Shown: positions 48,301 to 57,300 of the stretch, piece after piece
Numbering within the stretch: position 1 is the stretch's first letter
Layout of the letters: the number at the start of each line of letters is the position of its first letter
From: a virus
Lineage: Duplodnaviria; Caudoviricetes
Virus record (IMG/VR): IMGVR_UViG_3300025168_000083
Span: 1-62,786 of that record
Length of the DNA: 62,786 nt
Reading direction: 5' to 3' (one strand)
Notes under the pieces: model-generated
Told to the model about the DNA's origin: nothing
The model's database searches: none
The model's input: only the letters and a program-made list of their open reading frames with translations
Translations under genes and position numbers: made by a program

Positions 48301-51300
48301 TGATTCAAATGACTCAGGTGATAAGTATTGCAGAGGTTGCAAAGCGTAAGAAGGATGAGATTCGTTCTTTGGAAACCCGACGACGATCTATTGACGAACT
48401 AATGGCAGATAAAGACACTGTTTCAATTCAAGAGGTGTATGTACGTTTACCTAGAAAGTCTAAGCTTAGGGGTGAATTAAAGGCAAGATTAAAAGACACA
48501 GACGGTGACGGCACAATAACTGTGGATGAGTTAAATGAAAGACTAGACGAAGACTTTGCGGACAGTAGGAAAAATATAGTCTCGACTATAGGAACCGATA
48601 CAAGATATTCTCCTATGTCTAGAACGAGACAAACTAAACGAATTTCCGCAATGTATGGTAACAGGTATGCTCATGAGATTTCTGATGAGGAAATCTATGA
48701 TGTTGATTTTGATATAGATTGGCTCGTAGAAAACAACACCCCCGGAACCGCTCTACGAGATGTGAAAATTAGTGTAGAAGAAGATCACAAGTCTTTCAAG
48801 CAATGGTTAGCTAACTTGTCTGTAGTTGGGCAAACGTCTAGCAATGTTGCAAACGACGGTACAATTTCTACGTGGAGACTTCTTTCTAACATGCCAGATT
48901 ACTTCTGGGATTTAGGCCTACCTATTCATATTATATTTAGAAAAGCAATGGTAAACCCAACAGAGAACGCAGGGTCTGAAACCAATAGTACTGGAAGTGA
49001 AGAAAACCCTTGGGATAGCGTATCTAACTTAAGCAGCGTTAGGTGGAGATATTCTGAAATTAAAAGCATACTTGAACGATGGGAAGTAATTTCTAAGGCT
49101 AGGCTAACTGGATATATGGAGTCGTTTGGAAAAGAACTTGCCAAGGAAATGGCTAAGGATCTATTGAGCGAAAGCAACCCATCTGGCTTAACCAATCTTG
49201 AAGCAACCGCAGAATATTTAAATGAGGCTATAGTTGCAGAGCGTAACTTTAACACAGAAAAATTTAATGAGTCGGGTTATATCTTAAGTATAGATAGGGC
49301 TACTGGATTCCCTACAGAATTTGCATCCAAGGATCAAGGCTACTTATACGAGGCAGGAGTTAGGAACGCCATTCGCACAAGAGTAGGATACATGATGAAC
49401 AATGCTAAGTTTAGACTGTTCATTAAAGAGAAGGCTGGCATTGAAATCTTTTTAACTAAGCCCGGAGAAACTGCCGAAGAAGCACAGGCTAGATCAGTAA
49501 AAGAAATTGATACTATAACTGACTATATTATTAATAACCTTAGTCTGGTTTTAAATGAAGTAGACGCTACTCATCCACAGTTTATAAACTTTACTCTAAC
49601 TGGGTTTGGGGATGGCTCAATCTCTTGGTCGCCCGCTCAAATGGCAGGATATGCTATTGTTGATACATTTGTTGAAAAGAGTGTACCAATGAAATCAAGG
49701 CTAACAGGAATTCAAGAAGCTACAGAATACGCTAACACAGAAGAGATGAGAATAACCGGCGAGTCTGTAATGTTAGAGATGCCTAGAGAAGGCGATATAA
49801 ACTTCGCTGCTCCTATTTCTCTTGCAGACAATCGTTTAAACGTAGAGAATTATAAGTTTAGGTTACGTATTAAAGAAGTACTTAAGAAAGCAAAATCAGA
49901 AGTACCTTTAACTCCTAAGGAAAAGAAGGTTCTATATAACTCAATACAGAGTAGAAGATTCAAAGACGAAACTGATCCCGTTGCTGATGAAATGGATATG
50001 TATTTAGTACCTCAAATTGTTGGTGGACACGCCCAAGAAGAGTTTATAACAAGAGATCAAGCTAAAGACTTTATGATGGAGCTGTTCTTGGACATGGCTC
50101 AAATAGGCCACGCAATAAATCAAGACTCCATGACAATAGCCAATGGTGGAAGCCTTAGATTTAGAAACACAAAAGAAAACCCAATGCCTCTTGCTTTCGC
50201 AAACCTAAACTTAGGGTATGATAATATTACCCCACTTGGTTCTCAGTTAGCTGAAACCTTGGCATTAGAACAAATGCATCCTGATTTAAGCGGAATGAGT
50301 GAAGCCGCAGCAACAATGCACATTAAGTTTGTTAGTGAGTTTAAGTCAAAGTGGCAAGCCGCTAATCCCGATAAGGAATGGTCGGCAAGTGTTATGTTAG
50401 ATCCTAGTAACCACACTGATCAAGTAGCTAGTGGTCTTATGATTGTCCAACTCCTTTCTAAACTAGGATCTGGAGAAGCAGCTGTAGAATTGGATAAGAT
50501 AAGGTTAATGATAGACGATATTGACTTTGAATTATTGAATGAGGACGGCACGGCACAACGAAATTCTGACGGGACATTCGTAAGTCTTGCTCTGGAGGAC
50601 GTATATGTAGAGACTGGATTAAATATCCTTGGGCATATCAAAGATAAAGATAAGGATAACAAGTACATACAAGGCTCGGGCAAGTGGTTAACAGATGTCT
50701 TTGGATGGTTAGACCAAAACGAAATAACAAATAAAGATAATTATAGAGAGAAGATGGCAGAGTTTGAAGCAAGCGGAGACACCGAAAGTGTCCGTAAGGG
50801 AAAAGCAATTAGAGAGTTCTTTAAAGTTCCTGTTATGCGTCGTCTTTATGGTGGTGGTTTAGATTCATTTAAACTAGAGTTTATGGGAATGACTGCTAAT
50901 AGTCGAGAGATTATAGACGAGTTAAATGGTGCGTTTGGAATAAAACTTACAGACGCTGAAACAGAAAATCTAGGCACAGTGCTTCTCTCTGCTTCTGCAA
51001 TGAATGGGGTTCATATCTTAGATGCTGCTTTAGGGTTTGAAGGTAAGATCCGAAATGCTGCTATGGCCTTCTTAAAAGTTGGTAGAGAGCAGCAGGTGGA
51101 AACCGAGATGTGGAGAGATGTTGTCCGGTCTTCTAATATCCCAAACCAAGACTCTGGAAATTCTCAAGGCCCGACTGAGTTGGCTCCTGTTGATGGCGAA
51201 TCTATGCATATCATGAATCGTCTTGACCGTGTTAAGAGAGCCCTTGAAGGTAAGATTAGATATTTAGCAGAAAGAACTCCAGAAGGTGCTACGCCTGAAA

Positions 51301-54300
51301 ACATTGCTAGAATAAAAAAGAAGTATGATAACAGATATGGAGAAGCACTAAGATACATAGAAGAACTAGAGTCTAAGGGTATAACCATAGAGGATAAGTC
51401 TCCACACTGGGAAAGGCTTCAGGAAATTTTACATGGCGGTGAAGTGGGTTCGTGGGCTCGTATAAGTTTATTCAGGGCTACTAATATTCTTAACGCTTCT
51501 ACATATAAACTTAATATGAAAAGAATGAAAGCTACAGCTGATATGTTTGGCTTTGAGGACTTTGAGCCCTCCGATTGGATGGGACTAGAAGACCACCTTC
51601 TTTACCACTTAAGCCTTCCTACCCAAAGATCTCCTAGATCCTTCCATAAGGGTAAGCACGATCCCCACGGTATTTTTGCTAATAGAGTAGCTATTCAACC
51701 AGAACAACTTAATGAGTTTATGGCTATAGCAGAACAGAATGCAATAGACGATCATGGAGAATTTAACCAAGCAGACTTTGATGAAGCTCTCGCCTCTTTC
51801 TTAACGAACGAAGAGCCAGATGCTTTCGGTATGTTTGATATAGAAGACAATGTATATAAAGGAATGTCAAGAGAAGAAGTAGATGCTGAGTTAGATCGGT
51901 TGATGGATATGGATCAACTTATGTATATGGCTAGTGTAGACAGGCTCCCATCAGAAATATTCCCTGACTTTGTTTCGGATGAGAGTGATGTAGTCGTAAT
52001 GGACACAATGTTAAGAGAACACTACGAGCATAACAAAAGAAGATTTGAAACTCCTTCGGGAGAAAAGGATAGAACTCTTGCAACAGAAATAGCAAGAGAA
52101 GAACGGCTTCTTGATTTAGGAGACTCTGGACTAACGATCTTAAAGTACCGAGCTAAGATTGCTGGGGGTGTACGTAGCCCTAGAGTGGCACGAGTATTAG
52201 GAAAGCCACTCATTCCATATCACAGACGAGAGCTTTCTATGCAAGAAGCTATTGGTACAAGAGATAACCAAGACTTGTATATGTCTACAGTGGAACCTCA
52301 AGGATTACTGAGTATGACTCCTAGATATAGGAGAAGTTCTTTCTTTAGTAGAGGCATTCCTGTATTGCAAAGATCCGCAGTTCAAAGAAAGATTAACGAA
52401 GTGCTTGAGCCAGTCTTAGCTATAGATCCTAAGATACAAGATCCTAAGATGAAGGGTGTTAGTGTATTTGACACCCCTACTGGTAAGGGATTATTAGGAT
52501 GGCATCAACCCTACCAGAGGTCTAGTCTTCCCAAGGCTATGCCCTTAAAGATAGATGAGATGATTGACTTAGGTATGGATGATGAAGCAGGCCGAAAGGC
52601 CGCAAGAATTCTTAATGGAATGCGGCAATGGGCTTCTTATAGAGATGATGTTGGAGATGATTTAGATAACCCAGATGGTCTCCTTTATTGGTATGTGGTT
52701 AGAGAGATTGAAAGATCACGAGCAGAAATGCTAGAAAACTTACCTGACTACTCTCGATTCTCAAAGAATGAACAAGAGAAAAAGGCACACGCTAGAAAAT
52801 ATAGAATGCAGTGGTTAGAAGGATTGCACGCTATTACACATTTCTCAAGAGATATCAAGGGTGCAGAAAGTAAGGGAATGACCTTAGCAGACAAGGCAAG
52901 AACGTTAGCTGTTCAAGCAGCAGACGATTTTGATTCTCCTGAAAGCAAGCAACGGTGGATAGATGTTCTAACAACTACAATCACCGAAGACAACCCTCAC
53001 GGTACTTTCTTATCCGCTCCAACTAAGCTACAAAAATCTCTAGAGTTTATTATTCCTAGAGAAAACGTTGTTCTTATGGATAGAATTAAAAGCGTGCTTG
53101 AAGATCCTACTGCTACGTTATCAACCAATGATTTGCAGATGTTAGCACAAATGATTCAGTCTACTGACTTCCCATATCATCTATTAACTATTATGTACAA
53201 GAACGAGGTATTACCTAATGTTCTTAAAGAGTTTACGGTAACCGACGAAAACGGAGTAACCTCTAAGCCCTATGCTGATTTAGAGTATGATGTCATAGGA
53301 GAAGACGGTTCGCCTACCGGAGAAAAAGCTAAGGTATGGGCTAACCCTAACATGTGGGAAAACTACATACAGGCAGAACACGTTCATTCAATCATTGCAA
53401 ACGCTAAGGTATGGATTGAAGAGAATGGTGCAGATCAAATTATATTTGATACTTTAATTGAAGAACAACTAAGTTCCAATGAAGCACAGGCAAAACAAGG
53501 GATAAAGGATTTTGCTGTATACTTAGAGAACACCAACCCCGATATTGTGGGGGACGCTAGACCAGCACAAATGAGAAGCAGCTTCTTCCCAGAACAAGTT
53601 CTTACGCCAACAGGATTAGTAGGAAAGGGACAGTTAGCACTGTCTCCTGCTAAGGCAATGGAGTTGTTTGGGTTATTAGAATCTTTCTCTTTATTAGAAA
53701 AAATTAAAAGAAGTAACTGGTCTGGACAAGCTATTGGCTTTGTTAAAGATCCAGTAACAGGTAAGATTACAGAATCAAAGCCTACATCAAGAAGAATCAA
53801 AGATGGCCTTGGGCATAATGAAAACGATATACGGAAGGCAGAGGTTCTTAGAAGCAGTGCTCTTGAAAGGGTTGTCGGTCTTGGCGGGAAAGCAGATGTA
53901 TTAAGGGCAACAGATACTACTCGGTCTGTTGAAAGCACAGGTCAGATTGAAGCTATTGATCTTGACTCTTATCGAAGAGCCCAACACAGAGACGATCTTT
54001 CAGCTGCTTGGATGGAGTCTTATATTAGTCCAGTATCTAAACAACTTGGATACATGAAGTCTACAAACATTGATGAAGTATTTGGGCCTAGTCTTAGAGA
54101 AGAATTAGAGTTAATAATTGACAGAGCACGGACTGAAAACACCCTTGCTAAGAAGGGCGAAGGAGGGCTATACTCTAATACTGTTATGTGGTTAGCTATT
54201 ATGTTAGAACTCCCCCCTCATGATGTTGATACGCTAAACCCAAGAGGACACCTGTACGATACCTTTATCGGAGGAAGATTCTCAGAAGAAACAAATGCAA

Positions 54301-57300
54301 AGGCTTTTGCTACTGCTCAAAAATTAATGAGACAGATTAAGCAAATCGGTTCTGTAGATGGATTCTACTACGGACTAGAACGACAAGCTCCACTGATTTC
54401 TACTATTAGAGAGTGGGCATCTAACGATGACTTTGCTGAAGCAACAACAAGAGATATTGATATTGAAAATAAATCAGCAGTATCAAACTTCCTTAACTGG
54501 CTTCAGAGTAATAAGACAACAAAAGAACTGGAGTTCTTAGGTTTTGCAGAAGACGAAAACGGAAATCTTGTATATAAAAAGAAGTCCAAAGATCCTGAGT
54601 TAGACCCTCTTAAAGAGTTAGAGTTTATTATTAACTTTGGTTTAGGGCAAGAACGTTTGATGGTTGAGCAAGACGAGTCTCTTATGTTGTTTGGTGATCA
54701 AGAATCTAAGCTCAATACCACAGGCAAAGACTTAATTAAACTAGTTTCTAAACAAGGTAAGTTTGATGACGCTGTTAGAGATACGCAGGATCCTCATTTA
54801 ATAAGGGTCAATAATGAATTGAACAACATGAAAGACTCAATGACACCAGCAAACTTCCAAAGATTTAGAGCTTTAATTGCTAGGATGTATATGATTAATC
54901 CTCTTAACTTAATGGACTTAAGTTTAGATTATCAGAATACTAGAGGACGTAGTTTTGTTACTAGAGATAAAGAAGGAAACTTTGTTATCCGCATGGGAGG
55001 AATGCTTGCGAAGCCAATGAGTGATCCAAACATTGCTCTTATTTTCGCTCATGAATTAAGTCACGTGGGAAGAATGAGATGGATTGAAAATAACCAAGGA
55101 ACTTGGAGACATTGGGTTGATCTTTATCACTCTAAGGCCGGACGTAGCCTTCTCCGTAAGATTGTAACTGCATGGCATGGCGGGAACTATACAGCTCAAG
55201 CAAAACAAGAATTCGAAAGTTACATGGAAAACCCAGAAGAATTCATTGCTGCTTTAACTTCTTATTATTTAATGAATGACTCTCTCCCTGAAATGAATCT
55301 TGATTACAATGAAGGGAAAATCTCTGGAATAGCAGGGGGCATTGTTGGGAAGATTATGGACTTTGTTAGAAGAATCTTTATGAGAACTTCCTCAGTTCTT
55401 ACTAACTTCCATTACCAAGATCCCCGTCTGTCTCAACATGTGGAAAACCTTGTTCAAAAAACTTTAGGTTGGGATCCTATGGCAAAGAAATCCTTTACTG
55501 AAGTTCAGAACAAGGGAACAGAAAGAGAAATGTTCTTCTGGGATAAAAGATTTGAAGACACAACTCCAGAGCTAGAAAACGATCCAACGCAGTTTAAGCA
55601 GATGGTAATAGAACATAATAAACTTCTTAACTTAGGAGAAGAGGGAAGAACTCCAGAAGAGGCTAATAGATTCTGGGTTTTAGACTCTGCTATAAACGAC
55701 AGTACTGACGCTACTCATGTTATGACTTCTGGTATAACAAGATACGATCATCTTGTCGCGCATCAGCAAAACATGGCAATGTTTGGAGGGATTAATGGTA
55801 CTCTGGATATTGGTAAAATGTTAAACTCTATGGATAATATGGAGGGAGATGCGGTTAGTATTATTCAATATTCCTCAGCTTTAGAGTATTGTATGGAAGC
55901 TTGTAATAGGGAATTTGGAGATCAGTTCCAAGACGGAGTAGGACTCACAGCAGCCAAGGTTACAAAAGCATTATCAAAGGTTTTACCCAGTCTCAGTACT
56001 AGTAAACACAGGGGTGAGGGAGCCTACTCACATATGATGGTAGATCTAACAGTAGGTAAAGCAGGAGCTAACTATACTTGGAATGGGCCACATCCTTTTG
56101 TTATTTTATTGACTCAATTAATTAATGATGATATTGCTACAAGTACAGGACAGTATACAAACGTAAAGGGAACGCCTTCTGTAGTTAGAGTGATTAATGA
56201 TATCGCCTTGTATAAAGATTCAGTAACAAGTTCAATGGCGGCGATAGGTACAACTTTACAGCCATTCTTTACTAGAGCTTTAGGTCAACAAGTGTCTACA
56301 GAAAAACAAAGAGAAATTATGTCTGCTGTATATGAACAGGTTGCTATTAAATCAGACAACCCCAGCCATGAAGTAACACTTCCAGAATTACAAGAATCCG
56401 CAATGAGTGAAGAGGATTTAAAAATAATACATACTGAAATAACGAATACTGCCGATAATATTAGATTGTTTATGGAAGACTATCGCCAAGCAGGAACTGA
56501 ACTTGGGTTGTTTAAATCTACATCATTCAGAACACATATACCGTTTAAATTAAACAGGCTTATACTAGAAAGTGAACCAAGAGATGGTTTTGTTGAGAGC
56601 ATGAGTAAAATGATCCGCGATAAAATTATTAGTGAGTCTGAAGGAAAATTAGATCCTCTTGTTATGTTTGCTGCAAACTTAATTCCTAGATTTAACACTA
56701 CTCAAAACTTAGTTGATGATTTAAAGAAACTAAAAAGAATTAGTCCAGAAATGTATGGCTATATTTTACATAAGGCTGCTGAAGCCCACTATACACAAAA
56801 CGGCCAAATGGATGAATCTTTTGATACTATTCGAGGAATGAGACAGATCGTCTTTACTGATCTAGATAGTTCGGCAGATCCACAAAGACAGGCTAACGCT
56901 GTAGAATTATTTAGGTTAGGTATTATTTCAGCTATGAATGAAATGTCCCAAGGTAGAACTACTGCCGGTTCTTTACAAGAGTTTGGGGTTAACTGGAACA
57001 ACCTTAAGGATATTTATATTACAGCAATTGATCAAAGAATAGACGGAGAGCGTTTCAATACACTCGATAGTCCCGCACTTGATTCTTTAATACCCGATCA
57101 TATTTACTACTCACCTAAACACGGGCAAAGAAAAAGACAGGTGTTTGAAAATATAGATACTCCTGTAATGGTTCATATGCATAATCTAATAAACCGTGCC
57201 TCAGACGGTATGTACTTTCCTTACGATATGTGGTCCTTCCCTTCAGTTGTAGAAGCATTCCAAGACCCAGCTATACGTCCCCACCTTAACTTAGACCCAG

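Noticed and set aside
49815-49845. ADNRLNV as the DxxGR motif of the giant RNAP
   Set aside because: Poor match, and spacing to motif A (~195 aa) is not persuasive
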